DNA from: an uncultured Thermotogae bacterium
GTDB taxonomy: Bacteria; Bipolaricaulota; Bipolaricaulia; RBG-16-55-9; DRXL01
Length of the DNA stretch: 64,000 bases
NCBI GenBank assembly: GCA_964473325.1
Contig: CAYYOG010000004.1
Coordinates: forward strand, 48,258-112,257
Direction of reading: 5' to 3'
Below, piece by piece: positions 54,784 through 64,000 of this stretch (within the stretch, counting starts at the first letter, position 1; the number at the start of each line of letters is the position of its first letter). Under the pieces are notes generated by a model that searched no databases, was not told where the DNA came from, and saw nothing but the letters and a program-made list of their open reading frames with translations. The position numbers were made by a program, and so were the translations under genes.

Positions 54784-56150
54784 TCAAAGATCTTCCCCGG
54801 ATTGAGAATGCCGTTGGGGTCTAACAGCTTTTTGATCTCTTTCATCAGCTCATAGCTTGCGCCGTGCTCGGCTTGCATAAATTTGATCTTGCCCACGCCA
54901 ACCCCGTGCTCGCCCGTTGCCGTGCCGCCCAGCTCTAGAGCGCGCAGGACGATGGCATCGTTGGCCGCGTCGGCGCGGGATTTCTCGTCTGGGTCTTCAG
55001 GATTATAAAAGATCCCGACGTGAAAATTCCCGTCGCCGGCGTGGCCGAAGACCGGTCCATAAAGCGAGTGCTCAGCGAGCTTCTGCTGCGCGAACTCAAC
55101 CATCGTTGGAAACTTTGAGATCGGCACGGCAACGTCGACGACAATGGCGCGCTTGCCGGGATTGAGTGCTGCGGCCGCGTATGCTAAATGATGGCGCGCC
55201 TCCCAGAGCTTGTTGCGCTCTTCTTGCCCTAAGGCGCTCGAAAAGCTTGTGCAGCCGTTCTGCTCGCAGATCTCTTGGGCGAAGCGCAGATCATCTCGTA
55301 CGACTTCTAAAGCATGACCGCGAAATTCTAGAAAGAGCGTGGGTTGCTCAGCAAGCTTAAGATTCTTTAGATAATTAATCGCTCGCATGCAGTCAGGGTC
55401 AAGGAGCTCTAACGCTGCCGGGTCCAAGCCTGACTGCACGATCTGCACGACGGCTTGGGCGGCGTGTTCGAGCGTAGGGAACGCTGCCGTCGCTGCAGAG
55501 ACCTCTTTGGAAATGCCTGTTAAGCGCACTGTGATCTCTGTGAAGATTCCTAGCGTCCCTTCAGAGCCGACGAACAGCCCAACTAAATTATAGCCCGATG
55601 ACGTGCGCATAGCGCGGTTGCCCACTCTGAGGATATCCCCATTCGCAAGCACGACTTCGAGAGCTAAGACATAGTCTTTCGTCGCGCCGTATTTGATCGC
55701 TTGAATGCCGGCAGCGTTATTGGCTACCATCCCGCCGATGGTCGCGGGGGCTCCTGGATCAGGCGGGAAGCAAAGCCCATACTTTGAGAGTTTCTGATTC
55801 AGCGCGGTGTGCGTGACGCCAGGCTGGACGACAGCTTGCAGGTCCTCCGGGTAGATCGCGATGATTTGATTCATTTGCGAAAGATCGAGCACGATGCCGC
55901 CGTAGATAGGGACGGGGTTGGCTTCCATGCTCGTGCCTGCACCCCAGGCAGTGACGGGGATCTTGCGCTCGTTGGCGAATCTCAGGATTTTTGAGATCTC
56001 TTGGGCGCTCTTGGGGTAGATGACGGCGTCGGGCTTGTGTTCGGGGTGATGGGATTCATCGCGGGCGTGGATGAGCAGCTCTGACTCTCCCGTGAGGACG
56101 CGCTCTGGGCCGAGAAGGGCTTGAAGCTCTTGAAGATCTGTATTTTGCAT
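54780..56150 (-). CDS. FAD-binding oxidoreductase (GlcD / D-lactate dehydrogenase family)
   Basis: PDAVIYP, GAGTS, PPDPG..ATIGG, GSEGTLG, GHAGDGNFH, GEHGVG, LNPGK. Confidence 0.9.
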   Translation of the reverse strand: MQNTDLQELQALLGPERVLTGESELLIHARDESHHPEHKPDAVIYPKSAQEISKILRFANERKIPVTAWGAGTSMEANPVPIYGGIVLDLSQMNQIIAIYPEDLQAVVQPGVTHTALNQKLSKYGLCFPPDPGAPATIGGMVANNAAGIQAIKYGATKDYVLALEVVLANGDILRVGNRAMRTSSGYNLVGLFVGSEGTLGIFTEITVRLTGISKEVSAATAAFPTLEHAAQAVVQIVQSGLDPAALELLDPDCMRAINYLKNLKLAEQPTLFLEFRGHALEVVRDDLRFAQEICEQNGCTSFSSALGQEERNKLWEARHHLAYAAAALNPGKRAIVVDVAVPISKFPTMVEFAQQKLAEHSLYGPVFGHAGDGNFHVGIFYNPEDPDEKSRADAANDAIVLRALELGGTATGEHGVGVGKIKFMQAEHGASYELMKEIKKLLDPNGILNPGKIFE

Positions 56151-56204
56151 AGCTGATCAGTACTAAATCCTAACTGAACACGTGCGCAGCGTCAAATCGC
56201 GCCC

Positions 56205-56233
56205 TTGCAGTGCTCGCACTCTTGCCCTATAAT
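56205..56233 (+). promoter_or_regulatory. sigma70 promoter of tRNA-Thr
   Basis: TTGCAG-17-TATAAT. Confidence 0.7.
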
Positions 56234-56246
56234 TTTTTTGTCCAAT

Positions 56247-56318
56247 GCCGGCGTAGCTCAGCGGTAGAGCAACGGTTTCGTAAACCGTGGGTCGGAGGTT
56301 CGATTCCTCTCGCCGGCT
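56247..56318 (+). tRNA. tRNA-Thr (CGT)
   Basis: GCCGGCG/CGCCGGC; ACGGT-TTCGTAA-ACCGT; GGTTCGAT. Confidence 0.95.
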
Positions 56319-56321
56319 CCC

Positions 56322-57908
56322 ATGCGACGCCTTATGCTCGGTATAGCATTCTTTTTTATCGCTCTCGCTCCCCAGACCCTTTCAGGGAATCTCCCATCGT
56401 TCTGCTGGCTGCTGGACTCGCTCTGGCGGGAATTTCTCTCCAGCTCAGGAGAATCTATGCTCTCGAACATCTGCGCTCCTCAGCAATCTCGCAGCCCTCA
56501 ACACGCGCTGGCCCGCATCGCGGCACAGTTCGCAAATATCCAAGTCAATGACCCTTCGACTGATATCCCTGAACAGACTACTCAGAGCGAGACGACTATT
56601 GCGATCTATAAAGATACCGTGCTTGTCGCGTTCGTCGACACGGGGCAGTATCTGCCGGTCACTGTGGGTGTCTCAAGTCTGTCGGGCTATGCTCGATCTG
56701 ACGATGGCGGACAGACGTTTATAGACCTAGGGCGCGTCCCGCCTAGCTCGCGCTCCATCGGGTATTCGGACCCATCGCTGGGCGTGGACAGCCAGGGGAG
56801 TTTTTACTTTGCAAATCTTCAGTACATTCCAGAGCAGCGACGCACGCTCTCAATGCTTGGCGTGGCTAGATCTACAGACGGCGGCAGGACGTTTAGCGAG
56901 CCAGTGCTCGTCGGCGGCACTGACCAAGCAAACTTTCAAGACAAAGAACTGATCGCTGTTGATAACAGCGGGGGGCGCTTCGACGGCAATGTCTATATGG
57001 CCTGGACAGAATTCACCCCCAGTGGCCCACGAATTCTCTTCGTGCGCTCGACCGATGGGGGCAAGACGTTCTCTTCGCCCTTGGTGCTCTCTGACGATAT
57101 CTCTGTGCAGGGCGCAACTCCCGCTGTTGGCCCCGATGGCGAAGTCTATGTCGCTTGGATCGCGTTTGAAGGGAATGAACGCATCTTGAAGATTCGCCGC
57201 TCCGACGACGGCGGGGTCAGCTTTGCTGAGCCGGTCATCGCTACTCAGATCATGCGCACGGCTGATCCCCAGGCGACTCGCGACTGCCGTCGCCAAGCCC
57301 TCAGAGGGGGTATTCGCACGTTAGAGTTGCCCTCCGTCGCTGTCGATCGCAGTCCAGCGAGCCTCTTCCGCAGCGCGCTCTATATCGCATACCAATCTGA
57401 CCCCGATGGTCCCGGCCCAGATATGAGCGACGTCTTCCTCGTCAGATCGTTCGATGGTGGCAAGACCTTTTCGCCACCCGTGCGCGTTAATGACGACCAA
57501 ACTCAGACAGATCAGTTCATGCCCGCAGTTGCCGTCGCTACTGACGGCACCGTCGGCGTCTTCTTCTATGATCGTCGGCTCGATTCCAATAATCTCAAGA
57601 TTGACGTCTACTTTACACGTTCGCGCGACGGTGGCAAGACTTTCGAGCCAAATATTCGCGTGACCGACGTCTCGTTCGATGTGCCCCCGACGTTCGGGCA
57701 ACCCACAAGTTCCACGAATTTCGACGCGCTCCGAGGGATATGCTACATGGGCGATTACAATCAGATAGCTGCTGACGAAAAGTTCTTCTATCTTGCATGG
57801 GGAGATAATCGCAATATTCTCAAAACTGAGAACTACCCCAATGGCCGTCCCGATCCCGATGTCTTCTTCGCGAAGATCCCCGTACAGTCGAGTGTGAAAA
57901 CAAAGTAA
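56322..57908 (+). CDS. Secreted BNR/Asp-box repeat beta-propeller (sialidase-like fold)
   Basis: Signal peptide; six Asp-boxes (RSDDGGQTF, RSTDGGRTF, RSTDGGKTF, RSDDGGVSF, RSFDGGKTF, RSRDGGKTF); GDY near C-terminus. Confidence 0.85.
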   Translation: MRRLMLGIAFFFIALAPQTLSGNLPSFCWLLDSLWREFLSSSGESMLSNICAPQQSRSPQHALARIAAQFANIQVNDPSTDIPEQTTQSETTIAIYKDTVLVAFVDTGQYLPVTVGVSSLSGYARSDDGGQTFIDLGRVPPSSRSIGYSDPSLGVDSQGSFYFANLQYIPEQRRTLSMLGVARSTDGGRTFSEPVLVGGTDQANFQDKELIAVDNSGGRFDGNVYMAWTEFTPSGPRILFVRSTDGGKTFSSPLVLSDDISVQGATPAVGPDGEVYVAWIAFEGNERILKIRRSDDGGVSFAEPVIATQIMRTADPQATRDCRRQALRGGIRTLELPSVAVDRSPASLFRSALYIAYQSDPDGPGPDMSDVFLVRSFDGGKTFSPPVRVNDDQTQTDQFMPAVAVATDGTVGVFFYDRRLDSNNLKIDVYFTRSRDGGKTFEPNIRVTDVSFDVPPTFGQPTSSTNFDALRGICYMGDYNQIAADEKFFYLAWGDNRNILKTENYPNGRPDPDVFFAKIPVQSSVKTK

Positions 57909-57923
57909 CCAAAGGAGGAGCTT

Positions 57924-59039
57924 ATGCGCACCGTCACTCGTACAGTGCTTGTCTTAGGGATGTTGGCTCTCATGGCAGGCTTGTCAGCGGGGCAGCAGCC
58001 CACACTTACCCCGCTAGCGAAGTTCGACCTCGTTGGAGAGATCGTTGCTCTGGCAGCGTGCAATAACAATACCCAGCTTGTCGTTGCTACAAAAGCCGAA
58101 GGCTCGACGACGCTGCGTCTTTTTAATACGCTGACACGCCAACCTGAGGGCACACCCGTCTCCGTCCCACGCACCGACCCCACGGCTCTGGCACTCAACC
58201 CCGATTGCAGTGTCGCGTTTCTTGCGGATGCGATGACCAACTCTGTGCTCATAATCTCCCTGCCCAGCGGAGCCGTACGGACGACAGTCAAAGTCGGCCA
58301 ACGGCCCATCGCGCTGGCCCGTGCCACCCATAACAAAGACCTCTACGTCGTCAACGCTGGCGACGGCACGCTCAGCATCATTGACACTACTACAGCAGCC
58401 TTAAGAACAGATATCCCAACAGTGCCCATCGGCGCCAGCCCGGAAGCCATCGCGCTCTACAGCGCTGGGGCGTTCAATCGCGCGTTCGTTACCCATAGTG
58501 ACCTAAATGCAATCACCGTGACGGATATTAACGATGATCCCAATAACGCCAATCGTTACCAAGTGATCCAGACGGCACGCACCGGGCCGAAGCCCGGCCC
58601 GATTGCTACAGCTCCAGGGACGCTGCTGGGCGATCTCTACGCGTACTTTATTAACACAGGCAACGACACGCTCAGCCGGATCGCGACGACGACATTTCAG
58701 ATAGACTCCGTCGTCCCTGTAGGCGATGCCCCGCGTGCAGTCTTCCTCGATCCCGTTCTGGCGTGCGTCTACACCGTGAACACGGGGACGCGCTCCGGAG
58801 TCGGCTTTGTCCAAGCGTCGTTCATCGCCAGTCCGGGAGCGCAGCCAGGACAAGACCCGTTCCATAGCGTACAGCTGTTGAGCACCGCTGAGCGCTTGAG
58901 CAAGGTCGCGCTCTTAGCGACTCCCACCGTCGCGCTCAGCCCATCGGAGTCACGGGTTGAACGCCAGCTGTGGGTGGCCAACGGGACGAATCCCAGCGAA
59001 TTACTCCTGTACTCGTTGACGGGCTTCTGTACGCAATAA
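57924..59039 (+). CDS. Secreted YncE/YVTN-type beta-propeller protein
   Basis: AAGGAGG SD; signal peptide; VKVGQRP, LYVVNAGDGTLSIID, VPVGDAP. Confidence 0.75.
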   Translation: MRTVTRTVLVLGMLALMAGLSAGQQPTLTPLAKFDLVGEIVALAACNNNTQLVVATKAEGSTTLRLFNTLTRQPEGTPVSVPRTDPTALALNPDCSVAFLADAMTNSVLIISLPSGAVRTTVKVGQRPIALARATHNKDLYVVNAGDGTLSIIDTTTAALRTDIPTVPIGASPEAIALYSAGAFNRAFVTHSDLNAITVTDINDDPNNANRYQVIQTARTGPKPGPIATAPGTLLGDLYAYFINTGNDTLSRIATTTFQIDSVVPVGDAPRAVFLDPVLACVYTVNTGTRSGVGFVQASFIASPGAQPGQDPFHSVQLLSTAERLSKVALLATPTVALSPSESRVERQLWVANGTNPSELLLYSLTGFCTQ

Positions 59040-59042
59040 GGG

Positions 59043-59981
59043 ATGGCTACGGAGCAGCTGCTGCAGAGGTTCTTCGCGCAGGACACTATCGCCCTGGCGA
59101 AGATCATCTCGCTGATAGAAAATCGCGTGCCGGGATATCAAGAGATTCTCGACGCGCTCTACCCCAAGACGGGAAGGGCTTATAGAATCGGGATCACCGG
59201 GCCGCCGGGCGTGGGCAAAAGCTCGTTAGTCGACAAGCTTGCCCCGCTCTATCGTGCGGAAGCGAAAAGGGTCGCGATCCTCGCGTGTGACCCCACAAGC
59301 CCATTCACCGGGGGCGCGTTGCTTGGGGATCGCATCCGGATGCTCAATTTGCTCAGTGACGAGGGCGTCTATATTCGCAGCATGGCCACACGAGGAAGCT
59401 TGGGAGGCTTAGCGAAAGCTGCTCAAGAAGTCGCGCTTGCTCTCGATGCCTTCGGCTTCGATATTATCTTTTTAGAAACGATTGGGGTCGGGCAAGTCGA
59501 GGTCGACATCGTGCAAGCAGCCGATACAGTCGTCTTAGTCTTAGTCCCGCAATCGGGCGACGTCGTGCAGGCGATGAAAGCCGGGCTGATGGAGATCGCC
59601 GATGTCTTCTGTGTGAACAAGGCCGACCAAGGCGAAGCTGATCTTGCCGTGAAAAATCTCCAAACGATGTTGAGTCTGGCAATGCGCGACTGGATGCCGC
59701 CGATTGTGCCCACCGTTGCCTTGACTAATCAGGGCATTGAGAAACTCAAGGAAGCCATCGAGAAGCATCGGGCGTTTCTTGGGGAAGCGGGTTTACAGAT
59801 GCGGCGGCGCGAGCGCCTGCGGGCGTTTCTCCGACAGTTGATAGAAGACGAACTGCGCGCGTCGCTCGGCGAGGGGCTGAAGAACTTAGAGAGCCAGCTC
59901 GAGCGCGTCTGGGCCAAAGAGCTGAGTCCCCATCAAGCAGCACGGGAGCTACGGGCGTTATTGCTGCACCGTGATCGATGA
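59043..59981 (+). CDS. meaB: MeaB/ArgK-family GTPase (cobalamin mutase chaperone)
   Basis: GITGPPGVGKSS, DPTSPFTGGALLGDRIRM, RSMATRG.LGG, ETIGVGQ, VNKAD. Confidence 0.92.
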   Translation: MATEQLLQRFFAQDTIALAKIISLIENRVPGYQEILDALYPKTGRAYRIGITGPPGVGKSSLVDKLAPLYRAEAKRVAILACDPTSPFTGGALLGDRIRMLNLLSDEGVYIRSMATRGSLGGLAKAAQEVALALDAFGFDIIFLETIGVGQVEVDIVQAADTVVLVLVPQSGDVVQAMKAGLMEIADVFCVNKADQGEADLAVKNLQTMLSLAMRDWMPPIVPTVALTNQGIEKLKEAIEKHRAFLGEAGLQMRRRERLRAFLRQLIEDELRASLGEGLKNLESQLERVWAKELSPHQAARELRALLLHRDR

Positions 59982-60674
59982 CTTCAGCTCTAATGGAGGC
60001 TGTGCGCCCTCTTCCGTCGCCGGAGTTGCCTGGCCGGAGATCGTAAATGTCCCTGTCCCCGCTTTGATCTGATAACTGAACTCTAATTTCTGGTTGGCGT
60101 TCATGCCAAGCTGCGCTGCTCGTAAATTCCCCGACACAAGCTGTACTCCTGACGGAAGCGTCTCGCTCACGACCAACGCCCGCAGAGCTGTCTTCGCCGT
60201 CACGACAACGGTGACCGTGAACGCTTGATGAGAACCGAGCGTATCGGGGAGAGTGCGGGTATAAATGATGAAATTGTTCTCGATCTTATCGGTGCGCATG
60301 GACGGTGGAGGCGGCGCCGATGGCTCAATGACAAAGACCGTGCCCGTGGTGGAATCGCTTGCGCCCTTGTCATCAGTGACCGTCAGCGTGACAACGAACG
60401 AGCCCTCCTTTGTGTATTCGTGCTCGGCGAAGATCCCGGTGCCCTGAGTGCCGTCGCCGAAGTTCCAGACGTAGCTGACGATCTGGCCATCGGGATCAGT
60501 AGACATCTCGGCGCTGAAGTGCACCGTCAACGGAACTTCCCCGAACGTCGGGGCAAACTCCATCACGGCAATCGGAGGCTTGTTCTCTGGCTTGGGCGGG
60601 GTCGTGTCACGTGTGCACGCGACAAGACTTAAGCTCAGTGCAAGGGCAAACGCTATCAGTCTTCTCGGTATCAT
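59958..60674 (-). CDS. PKD-domain lipoprotein
   Basis: Lipobox LVAC; S.DPDGQIVSYVWNFGDG..G..AEHEY...VTLTVTDDKG; TTGACA-18-TACAAT just upstream; start approximate. Confidence 0.8.
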   Translation of the reverse strand: MIPRRLIAFALALSLSLVACTRDTTPPKPENKPPIAVMEFAPTFGEVPLTVHFSAEMSTDPDGQIVSYVWNFGDGTQGTGIFAEHEYTKEGSFVVTLTVTDDKGASDSTTGTVFVIEPSAPPPPSMRTDKIENNFIIYTRTLPDTLGSHQAFTVTVVVTAKTALRALVVSETLPSGVQLVSGNLRAAQLGMNANQKLEFSYQIKAGTGTFTISGQATPATEEGAQPPLELKSSITVQQ

Positions 60675-60716
60675 TGCGAAGGTATTGTAGCGCATATGTG
60701 CTCACAATGTCAAGAG

Positions 60717-61568
60717 TCAGTACGACTCTTTTTTCGGAAGCTGAAATTCCCCGATGATCATCGCGAGCACGACGAGCACGCCGCCCAGCCAGCCTTGAGT
60801 GCTAAGCATCTCACCTAAGAGAAAGTACGCGAAGATTGCTGCAAAGACAGGTTCGAGAGCGAAGATCAACGCAGCCGCATACGCGGGCACGACGCGCTGT
60901 GCCAGCGCTTGTAACCATAAGACGAGCGCTGTCGCAAAGATCGCGAGATAGAGCAGCGCAGAAATTTCTGAGAGACTCAGATTTTTGAGCACGTGCACCT
61001 CAGGCACGGCCCAACCCCAACTCAGCAGTGCGACGACAATTATCTGCAACGACGTGAGCACGATGGGCTTGTGATGTGTCGCGATCTCGCCTAAATAGAC
61101 AATGTACAGCGCATACGCGAGCGCTGTCCCCAAGACCCAAAGATCTCCGACGACCAGCCCTTCGTGAGGGTTGAGCGTCATCAGCCCCAGCCCAAGAATC
61201 GCTAAGAGCGCGGCGAACCACGCGCGCATGGGAACTCTGTGGCGCAGCCAGATCGCCCCGACTATCGGGGTGAGGATCACGCTCAAGCCCGTGATGAATG
61301 CAGCTTTCGAAGCCGTTGTCGTGAGCATTCCCACACTCTGGGTGGCGTAGCCCGCAAAGCTCAGCACTCCCAGGATCAGCCCAGGTATGAGCGTTTTACG
61401 CTCCGGCTTCACCCAAAGCAATATCAGTGCCGCGAAGCTGAACCGGATCGCCAGCAGAATGGGCACCGGTACGGTCTCGATGGTCTCTTTGATGATAGCG
61501 AAGGTGCTACCCCAGATCAGCGTCACAAAGACTAAGAGCAGCACCCCGACGATGGGTGAGGGTGTCAT
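60717..61568 (-). CDS. EamA/DMT-family transporter
   Basis: LIWGSTF, TTASKAAFITGL, GDLWVL, FALEPVFA; about 10 TM segments. Confidence 0.88.
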   Translation of the reverse strand: MTPSPIVGVLLLVFVTLIWGSTFAIIKETIETVPVPILLAIRFSFAALILLWVKPERKTLIPGLILGVLSFAGYATQSVGMLTTTASKAAFITGLSVILTPIVGAIWLRHRVPMRAWFAALLAILGLGLMTLNPHEGLVVGDLWVLGTALAYALYIVYLGEIATHHKPIVLTSLQIIVVALLSWGWAVPEVHVLKNLSLSEISALLYLAIFATALVLWLQALAQRVVPAYAAALIFALEPVFAAIFAYFLLGEMLSTQGWLGGVLVVLAMIIGEFQLPKKESY

Positions 61569-61572
61569 CGCG

Positions 61573-63474
61573 TCACATCAAGTGCTTCTTGAAGAAATTC
61601 ACAATCTCGGCGTAGCACTTGACTTTGTTCTCGTACTTCAAGACGTCGTGGCCCTCGTTCTCGAAGATTATATACTCTACCTGTTTGCCCTGGGCGCGCA
61701 GCTCGTTGACTAAATCTGTAGATTCAGCCTCGCGCACGCGCGGGTCGTTCCGCCCTTGAATCACCAACAGCGGGCACGCTAATTGATGGAGATACGTATT
61801 GGGCGAACGCTCGATAAAGAACTCTTTGTCTTTCTCTGGATGGCCTACAGCGAGATAGAAATATGTCTTCCACGTCTCGGGGATGCGCTCGATAAACGTG
61901 AAGAGATTGTATGGACCGAACATGTCGCAGCCAGCCTTCCAGAGCTCTGGGTGCCGCCCTACGAGCATAAGCGTCATGTAGCCCCCGTAGGAGCGGCCCA
62001 TCACACCCGCGCGATTCATATCTAAGCGCGTGTCTTTCTTGAGGAACTCAAAGGCCGCGACATGATCTAATCGATCTTTGCCGCCCCAGTCGCGGTCGAC
62101 TTGTTTCATATATTTGAGGCCGTACCCGGAGCTGCCGCGCACGTTGGGCACGAAGACGGCAAAGCCGTTGAGCGTAAAGTACTGAATGAGGGGCATGGAG
62201 AACCAGGCAAAGTTGGGTCTCTCTTGGCTTTGCGGCCCGCCATGTACGTAGAAGACCACCGGATACGGCGCAACATAGTTGAGCTTCTTCGACGGCAAGT
62301 AGAGCCGCGCGGAGACTCTCAGCCCATCATGACTGATATACGAGGCGTCCTCTCCTGCGGAGAGTAGTTCTTTAGGGATCCCCAAGATGCGCTCGTTGGT
62401 CTGGGGCTTGGCGCGCCCGCCTTCTATTAGATAGAGCTGTGTGGGGGAATTGGCTGTCGAGAACGACGCGATGTAGCGGTTGCGCTTCTTATCATAGTAA
62501 AGAGATTGCACGACGCCGTTGCTGAGCGTGCCCTTTCCGATGATGTTCTTGGTGATCTTGAAGGCGAGCTTCTTCTCGTCGAAGACTCCTTCGTAGACCC
62601 AGGAGCAGCCGTCAATGTTATAGCTGAGCAGATAGCGATTCTCCCTGAGGTGTTCGAGATACTCGAGCTCGCCCATGCCCTTGTGCATCGTGCCCTTGAT
62701 CGTGACGGGCTGAATATCTTCGGGCTTGGTGAGCTTCATATACCCGAGCCCATAGGTGTCTTCAAAGAGCGAGGTGACGAAGAGCAGGCCCTTGTCTCTG
62801 GGCGTGAAGTGACACGAATGAATCGAATTAAGCGGGACTTCCTCGCCTTTGTCACGAGCCTCTATGGGCTTACCGTAAAGTAAAGTTCGTTCTTTATCGT
62901 CGCGCTCGCGAATGTAGACGACGTGATCCCCTGCTGTGTAGCCATCAATGAGAATGAACTTAGAGTGCTCTTTATTGACCCCGGCAACCCAGTTGCCATA
63001 GAGACTTGTGCCCAAGTCTTCAAGCTTCAGTTTTTGTAGATCTACTCGATAGGTCTGATGGACGGGGCTGGTGCGCGGGTCGACTTGGAAGAACGCTGTA
63101 TTTTTGTCGGGGTCACAGTGATGAGCGTGCACTTGCTGGCCCTTGAACTGATCGCCGAAGACGGGTTCGGGGATGCCGCCGTCAATGGGGATGAAGCACG
63201 GCTGATAGTTTTCGTCGCCGTCACGATCTATCATCACTAAGATCTTTTTGAGCTTTGGAAACACGTAGAACGGCACGCCGCCCATGAGCGTGGGGTTCTG
63301 CAGAGCAATATCTGGGGGCAGAAGCGGCTCAGGGACGCTGCCGCCCTTGTTCATCGCGTAGAGACTTAGTCTTCCTGAAAGATCGCTGATGAAATAGACG
63401 CGATCCCCGACGATCTGCGGGCTCATAAAAAGCCGCGCTGAGAGCAACGACTCGATGCGAAATGCCTTATCCAT
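61573..63474 (-). CDS. S9-family (acylaminoacyl/prolyl oligo-) peptidase
   Basis: VHGGP, PNVRGSSGYG, nucleophile GRSYGG, QGRNDPRV, ENEGH. Confidence 0.92.
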   Translation of the reverse strand: MDKAFRIESLLSARLFMSPQIVGDRVYFISDLSGRLSLYAMNKGGSVPEPLLPPDIALQNPTLMGGVPFYVFPKLKKILVMIDRDGDENYQPCFIPIDGGIPEPVFGDQFKGQQVHAHHCDPDKNTAFFQVDPRTSPVHQTYRVDLQKLKLEDLGTSLYGNWVAGVNKEHSKFILIDGYTAGDHVVYIRERDDKERTLLYGKPIEARDKGEEVPLNSIHSCHFTPRDKGLLFVTSLFEDTYGLGYMKLTKPEDIQPVTIKGTMHKGMGELEYLEHLRENRYLLSYNIDGCSWVYEGVFDEKKLAFKITKNIIGKGTLSNGVVQSLYYDKKRNRYIASFSTANSPTQLYLIEGGRAKPQTNERILGIPKELLSAGEDASYISHDGLRVSARLYLPSKKLNYVAPYPVVFYVHGGPQSQERPNFAWFSMPLIQYFTLNGFAVFVPNVRGSSGYGLKYMKQVDRDWGGKDRLDHVAAFEFLKKDTRLDMNRAGVMGRSYGGYMTLMLVGRHPELWKAGCDMFGPYNLFTFIERIPETWKTYFYLAVGHPEKDKEFFIERSPNTYLHQLACPLLVIQGRNDPRVREAESTDLVNELRAQGKQVEYIIFENEGHDVLKYENKVKCYAEIVNFFKKHLM

Positions 63475-63544
63475 GAGTTTTTCCCTTCCTTAGGCTGAGT
63501 ATATACTGCTATCTTACGTCAAGGTTCTTTCTATCTCAAGTGAT

Positions 63545-63568
63545 AAGGGGCAAGGAACCCTTGCCCCC
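63545..63568. other. GC-rich hairpin (terminator or REP-like)
   Basis: GGGGCAAGG-AAC-CCTTGCCCC downstream of the 62-aa ORF. Confidence 0.5.
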
Positions 63569-63600
63569 GACTTTCCCACGTAGCCACGATGCACACCTAG

Positions 63601-63789
63601 CTAATCTTTCGATTCTTCAAGAGTTGTGCGCATCTCGTGTAGCGTCCTTGCCATCTGATCAAGAAGATCCTCGATGCTCTCGCGATCCATCTCCTCCCAG
63701 GCTGCCTCTAAATCGTTGTGTTGCTCGGTCAAGTCATCCAGCAGGGGGTTGAGCTTGTCAATGAGGTCCTTCTTCGAAACGTAAGCCAT
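63601..63789 (-). CDS. Small acidic coiled-coil hypothetical protein
   Basis: GAGGTG SD; 62 aa with heptad-like Leu pattern. Confidence 0.65.
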   Translation of the reverse strand: MAYVSKKDLIDKLNPLLDDLTEQHNDLEAAWEEMDRESIEDLLDQMARTLHEMRTTLEESKD

Positions 63790-63862
63790 AGGCGTATCAC
63801 CTCTGGATTACGAGTTTTGGAAGAGCGTTCTTATTATCTCGTATAGAGCCGAACGATGCAAG

Positions 63863-64000
63863 TCAGTCGCCGCCAAAGCGCGCAAAGATCGTCTCGACGT
63901 GTTTCAAATGATATTCGTAGTTAAACAGCTCGTCGAGTTCTTTAGGGCTGAGCAATTTTTGAATCTCAGGGTGTGCTGCAACAAGCGATCTGAAGTCTTT
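63863..64000 (-). CDS. purB: Adenylosuccinate lyase C-terminus (5' part outside window)
   Basis: KDFRSLVAAHPEIQKLLSPKELDELFNYEYHLKHVETIFARF matches the typical PurB C-terminal helical domain from memory. Confidence 0.75.
   Translation of the reverse strand, partial: KDFRSLVAAHPEIQKLLSPKELDELFNYEYHLKHVETIFARFGGD

Noticed and set aside
42891-56321. Mixed CCA encoding among tRNAs (Arg and His encode CCA; Lys, Glu, Gly and Thr do not)
   Set aside because: Common in bacteria that have a CCA-adding enzyme; not distinctive
63545-63568. Hairpin as a third repeat family
   Set aside because: Only one copy seen in the window; equally explained as a terminator

Overview
Bacterial DNA of roughly 55-58% GC by eye, with sigma70-type promoters, bacterial L28, MurF, PheS and TsaD, and several predicted outer-membrane beta-barrels. 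The gene content and archaeal-like genes suggest a diderm anaerobic peptide fermenter, possibly Bipolaricaulota/Acetothermia; this lineage call is inference only. Order along the window: 3' part of tsaD; an archaeal/eukaryotic-type tRNA pseudouridine synthase Pus10; a DUF4015 hydrolase-like gene; two unknown exported proteins; a double oligopeptide ABC cluster sharing one ATPase pair; rpmB; a ~15 kb cell-surface locus (barrel-like protein, 1735-aa DUF11 adhesin with two T9SS-like C-terminal domains, Omp85-family barrels with PD40 propellers and a gluzincin domain, subtilisin); murF; a CDF transporter; an XDH-family molybdoenzyme trio; pheS; speB-pdaD; tRNA-Lys/Glu; a ~10 kb korDABC-hdrA/mvhD-etfBA-FadF-like-HdrD-like redox operon; tRNA-Gly/Arg/His; lutC and glcD-like genes; tRNA-Thr; BNR and YVTN propeller proteins; meaB; a PKD lipoprotein; an EamA transporter; an S9 peptidase; and the 3' end of purB. 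Two small palindromic repeat families stand out. Family A (CCCTCACCCC...GGGGTGAGGG) has 5 copies: 3 inserted in frame in proteins and 2 directly behind the oppA genes. Family B (CCAGGCTTCGCCTG inverted ends) has 3 copies, all at tRNA clusters. No CRISPR array, rRNA gene or intact transposase/integrase was seen.
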